Positions 37,529 to 47,958 of a DNA stretch of 64,000 nucleotides are shown here, in pieces; the first letter of the stretch is position 1, and every line of letters begins with the position of its first letter. The position numbers were made by a program, and so were the translations under genes. The DNA comes from Candidatus Bathyarchaeia archaeon (GTDB taxonomy: Archaea > Thermoproteota > Bathyarchaeia > Bathyarchaeales > Bathycorpusculaceae): contig JAVZLK010000006.1 in assembly GCA_038883795.1 (NCBI GenBank), positions 1 to 64,000 of the forward strand, read 5' to 3'. The notes beneath the pieces are model-generated. The model did no database searches, was not told the origin of the DNA, and was given only the letters and a program-made list of their open reading frames with translations.

Positions 37529-38713
37529 ATGAGTTGGAGAAACATAACCGAAATCTCAAAAGGCATATACTGGGTCGGCGCCAGAGACTGGAACCGCAGA
37601 CTTTTCGACGCCCTAATCCCACTTCCAAAAGGAACAACTTACAACGCCTACCTCATAATCGGCAATAACAAAAAAGCATTAATAGACACAGTTAACCCGG
37701 GCTTTGAAAAAGAACTTGAAGAAAAAACACGCCTTGTAATGGATCCAGCCGAAATTGATTACATAATAATGAACCATGCCGAACCAGACCACGCTGGCGC
37801 CATACCTTACATGATGGAAATAAGCAGCAAAGCCAAATTAATAACTTCCATTAAAGGCGCAAAAATGGCCCAAACCTTCTACAAAGTGCCAGAAAACCGC
37901 ATAATTGCAGTTAAAGACCAAGAAAAAATAAGCTTAGGCGATAAAACCCTCCAATTCATCGAAGCGCCGATGCTTCATTGGCCAGAAACAATGTTCACAT
38001 ACGCGCAAGAAAACAAAATATTGTTTCCATGCGATTTCTTCGGTTCCCATATAGCCAAGGGGTTATATGATGATGAAGTGGAAGATTTGCTTGTTCACGC
38101 CCAAAGATATTTCGGCGAAATAATGATGCCTTTCAGGGTTATGGGACAAAAAGCCATAGAAAAAATAAAGGGTTTAGAAATTGAGATGATAGCCCCAAGC
38201 CACGGACCCATCCACAAAAATCCAGAACATATTTTAAACGCTTATAAAAGGTGGGTTAACGGCGAAACAAGGCAAAAAGCCATAATCGTTTATGCAACCA
38301 TGTGGAACAGCACGGAAAAAATGATTCAACCAATAACCGAAACCCTCGCCTCCGAAGGCATAGAAATAGCCCTATACAATTTAGCCTCGGCGGATATTGG
38401 TGACGTAGCAAAAGATTTGGTGGATTCAAAAGCCATAGTCTTAGGAGCACCAACAGTATTAGGTGGAGCGCATCCCCTCGCAGTTTACGCCGCTTACCTC
38501 GTAAAGGCTTTACGTCCACCACTAAAATTTGGCGTCGTTTTAAGTTCTTATGGTTGGGGTGGAGGCGCCATAAAGCATGTGCAAGAAATTTTGGGTTCGT
38601 CAAAGTTGGAAGTTGTTGGAGCCTTGGAAATTAATGGTCCACCCACAGAAAACGACATTAAACAGATTATAAATATTGGAAAAGCGCTTGCCAAGAAAAT
38701 CAAGGAAGAATAG
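37529..38713 (+). CDS. fprA: Flavodiiron protein (A-type flavoprotein)
   Basis: GTTYNAY, HAEPDH, HWP, SHG, flavodoxin SYGWGG. Confidence 0.95.
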   Translation: MSWRNITEISKGIYWVGARDWNRRLFDALIPLPKGTTYNAYLIIGNNKKALIDTVNPGFEKELEEKTRLVMDPAEIDYIIMNHAEPDHAGAIPYMMEISSKAKLITSIKGAKMAQTFYKVPENRIIAVKDQEKISLGDKTLQFIEAPMLHWPETMFTYAQENKILFPCDFFGSHIAKGLYDDEVEDLLVHAQRYFGEIMMPFRVMGQKAIEKIKGLEIEMIAPSHGPIHKNPEHILNAYKRWVNGETRQKAIIVYATMWNSTEKMIQPITETLASEGIEIALYNLASADIGDVAKDLVDSKAIVLGAPTVLGGAHPLAVYAAYLVKALRPPLKFGVVLSSYGWGGGAIKHVQEILGSSKLEVVGALEINGPPTENDIKQIINIGKALAKKIKEE

Positions 38714-38715
38714 GC

Positions 38716-39939
38716 ATGAGCGAAATACCCGAAAACAAAAAGAAAATGTTAAAAGAAATAATTAGGCAGTTGCACGCTGGGGCGTCACCTCAAGAAGTTA
38801 AAGAGAGATTTAGACAAGTTTTAGAAGGCGTGAGCTCGTTAGAGATTGCAAAGATTGAAGAAGAACTCATAAGGGAAGGCATGCCAAGAGAAGAAATACA
38901 AAGACTATGCGATGTGCACATGGCAGTTTTCAGAGAACAACTTGAAAAGCAGAAACTCGCAGTTCCCACAGACCATCCAATCAACATTCTCATGGAAGAA
39001 CACAAAATCATGCTCCAACTCGTAGAAAAACTTAATGTCATAGCAAACAAGATTCAAAAAATAAGCGACAAAACATACGTTACTGACGAAATACACAATT
39101 TGGAGCATATAGCCGCAGACTTCCGCGACTCTGAAAAACATTATTTGCGGGAAGAAAATGTGCTTTTCCCATATTTAGAAAAACATGGAATTACTGAGCC
39201 ACCAGCAATTATGTGGATGGAACACAACAAGATAAGGGAAGAAAAGAAAAAACTCAGCCAAATAATAGAGCGATATGCCAGCATAAGTTTTGAAGAGTTT
39301 AAAGGGCAATTTGCGGAAACAGCCGAAGCCCTAAACAGTATTCTTCCAAGTCACTTTTTCAAGGAAAACAACATTCTTTTCCCAACCGCCTTACGGGTTA
39401 TAACAAGCCAGGAATGGAAAGAGATAAGAAGCGAATTTGATGAAATTGGATACTGCTGTTTCACACCTCCACACCTAATAGGAGCGCTGGCAATGGAAAA
39501 AATTGAAAAAGGAGAAGCGCCAGCTGAAGGAATATTACAGTTTGAAACTGGAACCTTGACAAAAGAAGAAGTTGAAGCATTGTTGGATACGCTTCCAGTT
39601 GACATAACATTTGTAGATAAAGAAGACACGGTCAAATACTTTAACAAAGCAGAGAAAAGAGTCTTTGTTAGAACTAAGGCTGTAATAGGCAGAAAAGTGC
39701 AATTGTGCCATCCACAAAAAAGCATCCACATAGTAAACCGTATCCTTGACTCATTTAAACAAGGCAAGAAGGATGTGGCTGAATTCTGGATTCAATTTAA
39801 AGACCGCCTAATACACATTAGATATTTTGCTGTTAGGGATAAGAATGGAAAGTATTTGGGAACCATGGAAGTGACCCAAGACATAACGGATATCAAGAAA
39901 ATCGAGGGAGAGAAAAGACTTCTGGATTGGGAAGAATAA
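38716..39939 (+). CDS. DUF438 + hemerythrin + PAS_10 domain protein
   Basis: LCDVH, HP...LMEEH, HYLREEN, MWMEH, KENNILFP, CHP.KS. Confidence 0.9.
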   Translation: MSEIPENKKKMLKEIIRQLHAGASPQEVKERFRQVLEGVSSLEIAKIEEELIREGMPREEIQRLCDVHMAVFREQLEKQKLAVPTDHPINILMEEHKIMLQLVEKLNVIANKIQKISDKTYVTDEIHNLEHIAADFRDSEKHYLREENVLFPYLEKHGITEPPAIMWMEHNKIREEKKKLSQIIERYASISFEEFKGQFAETAEALNSILPSHFFKENNILFPTALRVITSQEWKEIRSEFDEIGYCCFTPPHLIGALAMEKIEKGEAPAEGILQFETGTLTKEEVEALLDTLPVDITFVDKEDTVKYFNKAEKRVFVRTKAVIGRKVQLCHPQKSIHIVNRILDSFKQGKKDVAEFWIQFKDRLIHIRYFAVRDKNGKYLGTMEVTQDITDIKKIEGEKRLLDWEE

Positions 39940-39945
39940 CCGCCC

Positions 39946-40380
39946 ATGCCCAAAACGTTCATGATGAAACTTGACAAGATACAACCAACCCAACTCTATA
40001 TCAGCTCAGAAAAGCTCTCTGAAGTAATGAAAACCTTCGACGCCAAAAATCCAAAAGCCATGGAACCCATACCAATAAAGAAACTTGAAAACGAAATAAT
40101 CTTCGTAGACGGACACACAAGAGCTTTTGCCGCATTCTTACATGGCTTTTCCGAAGTTCCAGTTTATTGGGAAGACGAGGAACTTGACTGGGACGCCTAT
40201 AAAATCTGCCTTAAATGGTGCAAGAAAGAAAAGATTCATACAATAGCCGACCTCAGAAATAGGGTTGTATCTCAAAGAGATTATGAGAGGTTATGGTATA
40301 AACGCTGCGAAAAAATGCAACAGAACTTAGAACTGAAAAGGAAGCGGAAATCCGCTAAGGATAAGCTTAAAAATATTTAG
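39946..40380 (+). CDS. ParB/Srx-like N-terminal domain protein
   Basis: IQPTQ, PI and DGHTR motifs. Confidence 0.7.
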   Translation: MPKTFMMKLDKIQPTQLYISSEKLSEVMKTFDAKNPKAMEPIPIKKLENEIIFVDGHTRAFAAFLHGFSEVPVYWEDEELDWDAYKICLKWCKKEKIHTIADLRNRVVSQRDYERLWYKRCEKMQQNLELKRKRKSAKDKLKNI

Positions 40381-40450
40381 GAAAAGGTTTTTAGTTTAGT
40401 TGTTATATGAAAGTCTGCAAATGTGTTAAGTGTTGTGAGGTTGATGTTAA

Positions 40451-41179
40451 ATGTCTGTGTTTGCAGCACCAGGCGCTTATGATCGTGCCATAACCGTTTT
40501 CTCACCAGATGGAAGGCTCTTCCAAGTTGAATATGCCATGGAGTTAGTAAATCGTGGAGCCACCATTTTGGGGATAAGATGTTCTGAAGGAATTGTTTTG
40601 GGAGCCGAAGAGAATGTTGAACCTCTCGAAGAGGCTGAATATTCATGGAAAATCTTTAAGGTGGACGAGCATATAGGCGCAACCATAGTAGGCTTAAGCT
40701 CGGACGCCCGAATCCTCATAGACCAAGCCCGCATATACGCCCAAAGTAATAGGTTAACTTATGACGAGCCCATAGACACGGAAGTTGTAACAAAGAGAAT
40801 ATGCGACATAAAACAACTTTACACCCAACATGCAGGCGTAAGACCCTTCGGAGTTTCCATAATCTTCGGAGGAGTTGATAAAACTGGAAACCGCTTGTTT
40901 GGAACCCACCCAAGCGGCACATATAGGGGTTATAAGGCTACGGCTCAAGGCGCTGGAAGAGAAACCGTTCTCGCCATATTGAAGGATGAGTACCGAGAAG
41001 AAATGAGCCTTGAAGAAGCAGAGAAACTGGCTGTTAAATGTTTAGTAAAAGCCTTAGAAGCAAGACAGTTGCCGCCAAGGATAAAGATTGCAGTAATTCC
41101 TTCAGCGACAAAGAAGATGGAAATGTTAAGTGACGAAAAAATTGAAGGGTATATGAAAAAGTTAGGCGTTGGCAAGTGA
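40451..41179 (+). CDS. psmA: Proteasome subunit alpha
   Basis: YDRAITVFSPDGRLFQVEYA, RPFG. Confidence 0.97.
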   Translation: MSVFAAPGAYDRAITVFSPDGRLFQVEYAMELVNRGATILGIRCSEGIVLGAEENVEPLEEAEYSWKIFKVDEHIGATIVGLSSDARILIDQARIYAQSNRLTYDEPIDTEVVTKRICDIKQLYTQHAGVRPFGVSIIFGGVDKTGNRLFGTHPSGTYRGYKATAQGAGRETVLAILKDEYREEMSLEEAEKLAVKCLVKALEARQLPPRIKIAVIPSATKKMEMLSDEKIEGYMKKLGVGK

Positions 41180-41186
41180 AACAAGG

Positions 41187-41876
41187 ATGAGTGATAAATA
41201 CACGGTTGCACGAATAACAAAAGATAACGAGCATTTTGAAGTTCTTGTAAAGCCTCAAAAAGCCTTAGACTATCGCATGGGAAAAATAACCGCCATAACA
41301 GAAGTCTTAGTCGCAGAAACAATATTTTCAGACGCCAACAAAGGCACAAAAGTCTCGGAAGAAAGTCTCCGCAAAGCCTTTGGAACAACAGAAACCCTCA
41401 AAATAGCAGAAATCATACTGAAAAAGGGAACACTGCAGCTAACAACAGAACAGCGCAAAAAAATGATTGAGGACAAGCGGAGACAAATAATAGATTTCAT
41501 ATCAAGACAATGTGTTGACCCCAAAACAAACCTGCCCCACCCACCAACACGAATAGAAAACGCCATGGAACACATTCACTATCCAATCGACCCCTTCAAA
41601 CCCGTAGAAGAACAAGCAAAAGAAATAATAAAACTTCTTCGGCAAGTCTTGCCATTAAAAATGGAACAGGTATCCGTTGGCGTTCGAATACCAGCAGAAT
41701 ATTCTGCCAGAGCCTACGGAACAATAAAAGGCTTCGGAACAATAAAGAAGGAGGAATGGCGAGCAGATGGCTCATGGTATGGAATCCTTGAAATGCCAGC
41801 AGGCTTATATGGACCTTTCCTAGAAAAACTTGGAGAGATAACAAAAGGAAACGGAGAAGCAAAAATAATATCTTAA
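41187..41876 (+). CDS. Ribosome maturation factor SBDS/Sdo1
   Basis: FEVLV, FGT, P.T..PHPP.RIE; operon position. Confidence 0.93.
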   Translation: MSDKYTVARITKDNEHFEVLVKPQKALDYRMGKITAITEVLVAETIFSDANKGTKVSEESLRKAFGTTETLKIAEIILKKGTLQLTTEQRKKMIEDKRRQIIDFISRQCVDPKTNLPHPPTRIENAMEHIHYPIDPFKPVEEQAKEIIKLLRQVLPLKMEQVSVGVRIPAEYSARAYGTIKGFGTIKKEEWRADGSWYGILEMPAGLYGPFLEKLGEITKGNGEAKIIS

Positions 41877-41893
41877 CGAGGTTTTGGTAAAAC

Positions 41894-42601
41894 ATGCCAA
41901 TATTCTTTGAAAACAGACAACTCGTAACTCCAGGGGATTTAATCGCCGAAGGAGACTACATCCCCGGAGAAAACACATACGTAGAAGACAAGAAAATCTA
42001 TGCCACAAGAATTGGAATAGTGGAATATGAAGATAAGAAAGTGAATGTGGTAGCCTTAAGAGCCTTCTACATTCCAAGGGTTGGAGACATAGTCATAGGA
42101 ACCGTTGTTGAAGTTGGATTTAACGGTTGGACTGTCGACATAAATGCGCCATATTTAGCCATTTTAAGGGCGTCTGATGTCCTAAGCAGACCATTTAAAC
42201 CACAACAGGACGAGCTTTCCCAGTATTTAGATATAGGAGATCTCATAGTTGCAAAAATAATCGCTTACGACAGAGCCCACGACCCCCAACTAACAGTTGG
42301 CGAGCCTGGATTGGGGAAGATAACCCGAGGACAAATAATGAGAATCACCCCGACAAAAATTCCACGAGTAATCGGCAGAAAAGGCTCCATGATATCCATG
42401 ATAAAAAAGGAGACAAACTGCCAAATAATCCTCGGACTTAACGGAGTCATACTAATCACTGGAAAAACTCTTGAAGATGAAGAATTGGCAATGATGGCTA
42501 TACATAAAATTGAAGAAGAATCCCACACAAGCGGCCTTACAGACCGCATAACCCAAATGTTAAAAGAAGAAAAAGCGAAAAGGAAGGAAAAAAATGAGTG
42601 A
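41894..42601 (+). CDS. rrp4: Exosome RNA-binding protein Rrp4
   Basis: S1 and KH domains ([15 protein letters not shown]). Confidence 0.95.
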   Translation: MPIFFENRQLVTPGDLIAEGDYIPGENTYVEDKKIYATRIGIVEYEDKKVNVVALRAFYIPRVGDIVIGTVVEVGFNGWTVDINAPYLAILRASDVLSRPFKPQQDELSQYLDIGDLIVAKIIAYDRAHDPQLTVGEPGLGKITRGQIMRITPTKIPRVIGRKGSMISMIKKETNCQIILGLNGVILITGKTLEDEELAMMAIHKIEEESHTSGLTDRITQMLKEEKAKRKEKNE

Positions 42602-43328
42602 AAAAACTGAAAAGTTAATTGATAAAAAAGGTTTAAGATTGGATGGAAGAAAACCGGATGAGTTAAGACCAATAAAACTTGAAGTAGGCGTCTTATCAAA
42701 CGCTGACGGTTCAGCCTACATAGAACAGGGAAAAAATAAAATTTTAGCAGCAGTTTATGGACCAAAAGAACTGCATCCAAAACACATGGCGCTCCCGGAC
42801 AGGATGGTTTTGAGATGTCGTTATCATATGGCGCCATTCTCTGTTCAAGAAAGAAAATCGCCAGCACCATCAAGAAGGGAAATAGAACTCTCAAAAGTCA
42901 TAAGGGAAGCCCTCGAACCATCAATCTTCCTCGAATATTACCCAAGAACCGGCTTAGACATTTTCATTGAAGTTTTACAGGCTGACGGAAGCACAAGATG
43001 CGCAAGCATAGTGGCAGCATCCCTAGCCCTAGCGGATGCGGGCGTTCCCATGCGGGATTTGGTTGTGGCTTGCTCTGCCGGAAAAATCGATGACACAATA
43101 ATATTGGATTTGATGGATGCAGAGGATAAAATGGGTACGGCAGATGTTCCCTTGGCTTTAATGCCGAACCTAAACGCTATAACACTGCTCCAGATGGATG
43201 GAATATTAACTCTCGAAGAGTTCGAAAAAGCTGTGAATTTAGCATTGGAAGGCTGCAAGAAAATCTACGCATTGCAAAAGGAAGCATTAAAATCTAAGTA
43301 TGTGAGCGCTAAGGAGGTTGAAGAATAA
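42594..43328 (+). CDS. rrp41: Exosome exonuclease Rrp41
   Basis: [23 protein letters not shown]. Confidence 0.95.
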   Translation: MSEKTEKLIDKKGLRLDGRKPDELRPIKLEVGVLSNADGSAYIEQGKNKILAAVYGPKELHPKHMALPDRMVLRCRYHMAPFSVQERKSPAPSRREIELSKVIREALEPSIFLEYYPRTGLDIFIEVLQADGSTRCASIVAASLALADAGVPMRDLVVACSAGKIDDTIILDLMDAEDKMGTADVPLALMPNLNAITLLQMDGILTLEEFEKAVNLALEGCKKIYALQKEALKSKYVSAKEVEE

Positions 43329-44119
43329 TGTCAGCCATGGTTACCCGCGTAAAACAGAAACAAATAGCCCAACTAATTTCCAGAGGAAAACGTTTAGACG
43401 GCAGGGGCCTAACGGATTACCGCGAAATAAAAGTGGAACAGGGAATAATTGAAAAGGCCGAAGGTTCGGCGAGAGTTTTGCTTGGAAAAACAGAAGTCAT
43501 GGTTGGAACAAAAATTGAAACAGGAGAACCCTTCTCTGACACGCCAAACGAAGGCGTCCTAACAGTAAACGCTGAACTAGTGCCCTTGGCTTCACCAACC
43601 TTTGAAGCTGGACCACCAGACGAAAACTCCATAGAACTTGCCAGAATCGTTGACAGAGGAATAAGGGAATCAAAAGCTATCGACCTAGAAAAATTATGTA
43701 TAGAGCCTGGAAAGAAGGTTTTCGTTGTTTTTGTGGATGTTTACGTGCTTAATCACGATGGAAATTTGATAGATGCCTCAGCTTTGGCTGCAGTGGCGGC
43801 TTTACTTAACACGAAAATGCCAAATTATGAAGTTGAAGAGGGCGAGGTAAAAATTAAGCCTGGTTATATCCCCCTTCCAATAAGAAGGCATCCGATAACG
43901 GTTACTTTTGCAAAGATAAGCGACAAACTTGTTGTAGACCCATGGTTAGAAGAGGAACAAGTGATGGATGCTAGGCTTTCAATGGCAATAGATGATGACG
44001 GCAACATATGTGCAATACAAAAAGGAGGAAGCGGATACTTCACACCGAAAGAGGTTTTAGAAGCTGCAAGCATAGCAAAAGAAAAAGCTGGAGAAATACG
44101 CAAAAAACTAAAATGGTGA
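43328..44119 (+). CDS. rrp42: Exosome protein Rrp42
   Basis: RLDGR, DRGIRES, DGNL.DA. Confidence 0.95.
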   Translation: MSAMVTRVKQKQIAQLISRGKRLDGRGLTDYREIKVEQGIIEKAEGSARVLLGKTEVMVGTKIETGEPFSDTPNEGVLTVNAELVPLASPTFEAGPPDENSIELARIVDRGIRESKAIDLEKLCIEPGKKVFVVFVDVYVLNHDGNLIDASALAAVAALLNTKMPNYEVEEGEVKIKPGYIPLPIRRHPITVTFAKISDKLVVDPWLEEEQVMDARLSMAIDDDGNICAIQKGGSGYFTPKEVLEAASIAKEKAGEIRKKLKW

Positions 44120-44125
44120 AAACCT

Positions 44126-44419
44126 ATGGGAACAAAAAAGGTAGGACCCACCAGAGGTTTGGGAGCCCGTTACGGTGCCACGGTCAGAAAACGCTACATA
44201 AAAGTAATAACAGAAATGAAAAAGCCGCACGCTTGTCCCCAATGTGGATTTTCGCGGGTTAAAAGAGTAAGTGTCGGAGTTTGGAAATGCAGAAAATGCG
44301 GTTTCACCTTTACTGGTGGAGCTTACACACCCTCAACAAAGCTTGGAACAGTTGCGAAAAGAGTTGCCAAAGGCGCACCCATAGAAGAGACAGCATTAGA
44401 AACAGAAGAAACCGAGTAA
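44126..44419 (+). CDS. rpl37ae: 50S ribosomal protein eL43 (L37ae)
   Basis: GARYG, CPQC...CRKC, GGAY. Confidence 0.96.
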   Translation: MGTKKVGPTRGLGARYGATVRKRYIKVITEMKKPHACPQCGFSRVKRVSVGVWKCRKCGFTFTGGAYTPSTKLGTVAKRVAKGAPIEETALETEETE

Positions 44420-44449
44420 TACGCCATTATTTTATGAGTGACTTAAACA

Positions 44450-45019
44450 TTGATTGAAAAGCAACGTTTGCTGTTAACAACATCTAGAAGGCCAACAAGA
44501 AACATGAGAACTCTATGCAGAGAAATTAGTTACAACATTCCTTTTGCTGTGCGGATAAACCGCGGCAAACTAAGCTTAGAAGGAATAGCGGAAAAATCCA
44601 TAGAGCTTAATGCCGAAAAAGTTTTGATTGTTGAGCGATGGAAATTTGGAGTTGGAAAAATACAGCTTTTTCATGTAAAACCAGAAGGATTGGAAAGAAC
44701 CCAACCAACCATTTATGTTCGCAATGTAAGGTTTCGAAGGAATCTGGCAGCGGAGATGGTGAAGGGAAGAAGAATAAAAACAATAGCAATCGCAGCCTCG
44801 TCAAATGAAGATGTTGAGGTTAGGAAGCTGGAGAAGGCGCTTTCAGACTTTTTAACATTGCCAATTTTTTCATTAGAAGAAGTCGTTAACAGAAGATGCG
44901 ATGCGGCATTGCAGATTAAAACTAGTCCACAAAAAGGTTTAATCATCACTTTTATGCTACTACCAGAAATGGCTGAAATTGGTCCCCAGATTTGGGTATC
45001 GCATTTAATTTGGAGTTAG
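44450..45019 (+). CDS. Brix-domain (Imp4-like) ribosome biogenesis protein
   Basis: LTTSRRP, RGK, EIGP. Confidence 0.85.
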   Translation: MIEKQRLLLTTSRRPTRNMRTLCREISYNIPFAVRINRGKLSLEGIAEKSIELNAEKVLIVERWKFGVGKIQLFHVKPEGLERTQPTIYVRNVRFRRNLAAEMVKGRRIKTIAIAASSNEDVEVRKLEKALSDFLTLPIFSLEEVVNRRCDAALQIKTSPQKGLIITFMLLPEMAEIGPQIWVSHLIWS

Positions 45020-45023
45020 AAAT

Positions 45024-45275
45024 TTGAAGGCAAAGGCTGTTGTTAGGTTAAAGTTCCCCTCAAAAAAACATTTGGACATATTTCTTAAGGCTTTGGAGCC
45101 AGAGGTTAAAAAGCCAGCTACAGCCCGTTCAAAGGCAAACGTTGAAAGGATAGAAGATTCGCTGATTTTGAGGGTTGAAGCCAAGGATACGGTGGCTTTG
45201 CGTGCTACGTTAAATGCTTTTTTAAGGTGGATAAACTCTTTGGCGAGTGTTATAGAAGTTTTGGAAAAGCCCTAG
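45024..45275 (+). CDS. pcc1: KEOPS subunit Pcc1
   Basis: ALEPE, A.D..ALRA..N..LRW. Confidence 0.9.
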   Translation: MKAKAVVRLKFPSKKHLDIFLKALEPEVKKPATARSKANVERIEDSLILRVEAKDTVALRATLNAFLRWINSLASVIEVLEKP

Positions 45276-45351
45276 ATAGGTAATTTGTGTGTTTTACGGA
45301 AAATGCTTAATTAATAGCTTGGCTTAATGATGTGCAATGGAAGGATAGAGA

Positions 45352-45723
45352 GTGAGTGACGAAATTTCGAAGCTTCCACCCCAAGTTCAAGAACGACTGT
45401 TAAGGCTTCAGCAGCTTCAACAAACACTCCAGTCGGTGCTAGTTCAAAAGCAACAAGTGGAGATTGAATTAACAGAAATCGAACAAGCCTTAAGCGAATT
45501 AGAGAAGATGAGTGATGATGCAGTCATATACAAGGCTATCGGCTCGCTTTTAGTGAAGTCTGAAAAAGCCAAAACTGTGGCTGACTTGAATGAGCGAAAG
45601 GAGCTTTTTAACACCCGAGCAGCAGTTTTAGGAAAACAAGAAGAACGCTTACGAAGCCAAATAAAAGATTTGCAAACCAAGCTCCAGCAAGACTTAAGCC
45701 CAGTTTCTCCATCTCAGCCTTAA
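45352..45723 (+). CDS. pfdB: Prefoldin beta subunit
   Basis: LPPQ.Q, IYKAIGSLLV hairpin between coiled coils. Confidence 0.94.
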   Translation: MSDEISKLPPQVQERLLRLQQLQQTLQSVLVQKQQVEIELTEIEQALSELEKMSDDAVIYKAIGSLLVKSEKAKTVADLNERKELFNTRAAVLGKQEERLRSQIKDLQTKLQQDLSPVSPSQP

Positions 45724-45737
45724 TAGAAACTGATTAG

Positions 45738-46049
45738 GTGGAACTTTTGGAAGAGATGGACATACCAGAGTTAACAAGCGAACAAATTGAAGAACTCTGC
45801 ACTGTTGCAGAAAATGCTGCGAGGGAGTATGTTACATCGAGAGTTCCTTCAAAAAGGATAGAAACACTAAACATAAGCGTTGAGGTAGAAGGCACAAAAC
45901 CCGTGACTGTAACAATAGATGTGGATGTGGTTTTGTCGCCGTTGATGAAAGATTTTGACGTGAAGGGGCTTGCGGAAGAAGCTGTTAAAGAAGCGTTTGT
46001 TTCTGTTGATAAATATTTGAGGGCGTTAAAGTGTCATTCACAAAAATAA
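45738..46049 (+). CDS. DUF3194-like protein
   Basis: Small acidic alpha/beta protein in the usual position after pfdB. Confidence 0.7.
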   Translation: MELLEEMDIPELTSEQIEELCTVAENAAREYVTSRVPSKRIETLNISVEVEGTKPVTVTIDVDVVLSPLMKDFDVKGLAEEAVKEAFVSVDKYLRALKCHSQK

Positions 46050-47026
46050 TGAAACTTTTGGAAGAGATGGATGCTAAACTTGTTGTTTTATTATGCCACC
46101 ATAATGCTGACCCAGACGCCATCTGCTCAGCCTATGCTTTCGCAAGTCTATTAAAAAGTTTAAAGCCGAAAGTTGAAGTTGAAATTGTGGCAGCTCAAGG
46201 AATAAGCCGCCTTTCAAAACATCTTCTTAAACATATTCCAATAGAAGTTAAAGCCCACTCCAACATTGAAAGGGCAGACGCCATAGTCTTGCTTGACACA
46301 AACACAATCCAACAACTCAATGATTTGGCTGAGAAGGTCAAAGTGTTAAAGGCTCCTCTCATAGTCATTGACCATCACGCTGCCCACCCAGAAACAGAAC
46401 AGATGGCAAAAATCTGCATAAGCAATGAAGAAGCATCATCTACATGCGAAATCATATACAACTTCTACAAAGAAATGAATCTAAAACCAGGCGCAAATGA
46501 GGCTAAAGCATTGTTTTTGGGCATAGCTTTCGACACACGCCATTTTGTATTAGCTAATTCTTCAACACTAAAATCCATTGCAGAACTCATAGACGCAGGC
46601 GTAAACGCACAGGAAACATTAGCTTTGCTTTCTTTACCCATGGACTTTTCCGAAAGAGTTGCAAGGCTGAAGGCATGTAGAAGAGCCAAACTTTTCAAAG
46701 TTGAAGAATGGATAATTGCCTTTTCCCACGTAAGCGCTTACCAAGCCTCAGCAGCAAGAGCCATAATTGACCTGGGCGCCCACGTGGCTGTGGTGGCAGG
46801 GCAGAAGAATGAAAATCTTGAAATTAGTTTACGCTGCGTTCGCGAGTTTCACGAGAAGACAGGCATACATTTAGGCAAAGACATAGCCAAACCCTTAGGC
46901 GAGTATCTCCACGGCATGGGAGGTGGACACTCCACAGCCGCCGGCGTAAATGGTGTTGGAGATATTGAAACTGGGCTTAAACGATGTTTAAGGCTTCTTA
47001 AAGAAAAGTTGGCGAGTGTGGCATAG
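46031..47026 (+). CDS. DHH/DHHA1 phosphoesterase
   Basis: HHNADPD, DHH, DT, GGGH..AAG. Confidence 0.92.
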   Translation: MSFTKIMKLLEEMDAKLVVLLCHHNADPDAICSAYAFASLLKSLKPKVEVEIVAAQGISRLSKHLLKHIPIEVKAHSNIERADAIVLLDTNTIQQLNDLAEKVKVLKAPLIVIDHHAAHPETEQMAKICISNEEASSTCEIIYNFYKEMNLKPGANEAKALFLGIAFDTRHFVLANSSTLKSIAELIDAGVNAQETLALLSLPMDFSERVARLKACRRAKLFKVEEWIIAFSHVSAYQASAARAIIDLGAHVAVVAGQKNENLEISLRCVREFHEKTGIHLGKDIAKPLGEYLHGMGGGHSTAAGVNGVGDIETGLKRCLRLLKEKLASVA

Positions 47027-47085
47027 CATTTTAGTATAACATATTTAAGTAGCTACTCTTAAATGACCCAAAATGACGCTTAAAA

Positions 47086-47958
47086 ATGGTAGGCACAAAA
47101 AGCATGCCAGTGATTGAAACAAAAAACCTCACATACACTTATCCGGGCGGAACAAAACCGTCAATTAGCGATGTTTCCATAAAAATAGAGAAAGGCGAGT
47201 TCGCTCTCATAACTGGTCCGAGCGGGTGTGGAAAAACAACCCTCTGCCGCTGCTTCAACGGATTAATACCTCACTTTTATCAAGGCGAATTAAAGGGAGA
47301 AATAACAGTCGCTGGATTGAATGTTCTAAAAAATCCAATTTATGAAATGGCAAAACATGTGGGACTTGTGTTCCAAAACCCGGAAAACCAGCTTTTCGCC
47401 CTTTCTGTGGAGAAGGATGTTGCTTTCGGACTTGAAAACCTTGGGGTGCCAAGGGAAGAGATAAGAAAAAGGGTTGATTGGGCTCTGAATCTTACGGGTA
47501 TATATGATTTAAGGGAGAGGGCGCCCCATGAACTTTCTGGGGGGCAGCAACAGCGTGTCGCCATCGCTTCAATATTGGCTATGCAGCCGGAAGTTATGGT
47601 TTTAGACGAACCAACCTCTTTCCTTGACCCGCTAAGTGCAAAGAAAATCTTTGAAGTAATTTATGAATTGAATAAGAAACTTGGAATAACTGTTGTGCTT
47701 GTTGAACATAGGCTCGATTTGACGGCTAGATATGCTGACCACATAATCGTAATGGATGACGGCAAGGTTGTTTTGGACGGTGAACCCCGTGAAATCTTAA
47801 GCTCCGAAGAGGCACGCCTTATTGGAATAGGAATTCCGAAGGCCACACGCCTCTACCACATTTTAAGGAAGGACGGAATAAAATTGGGCAATACTGTTCC
47901 CTTGTCATCTGACGAGATGGCAAATCTCCTAAAGGAGGCTTTAAAAGTTCATGATTGA
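47086..47958 (+). CDS. ecfA1: ECF transporter ATPase A1 (alternative start 47104)
   Basis: GPSGCGKT, FQNPENQ, LSGGQ, DEPT. Confidence 0.9.
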   Translation: MVGTKSMPVIETKNLTYTYPGGTKPSISDVSIKIEKGEFALITGPSGCGKTTLCRCFNGLIPHFYQGELKGEITVAGLNVLKNPIYEMAKHVGLVFQNPENQLFALSVEKDVAFGLENLGVPREEIRKRVDWALNLTGIYDLRERAPHELSGGQQQRVAIASILAMQPEVMVLDEPTSFLDPLSAKKIFEVIYELNKKLGITVVLVEHRLDLTARYADHIIVMDDGKVVLDGEPREILSSEEARLIGIGIPKATRLYHILRKDGIKLGNTVPLSSDEMANLLKEALKVHD

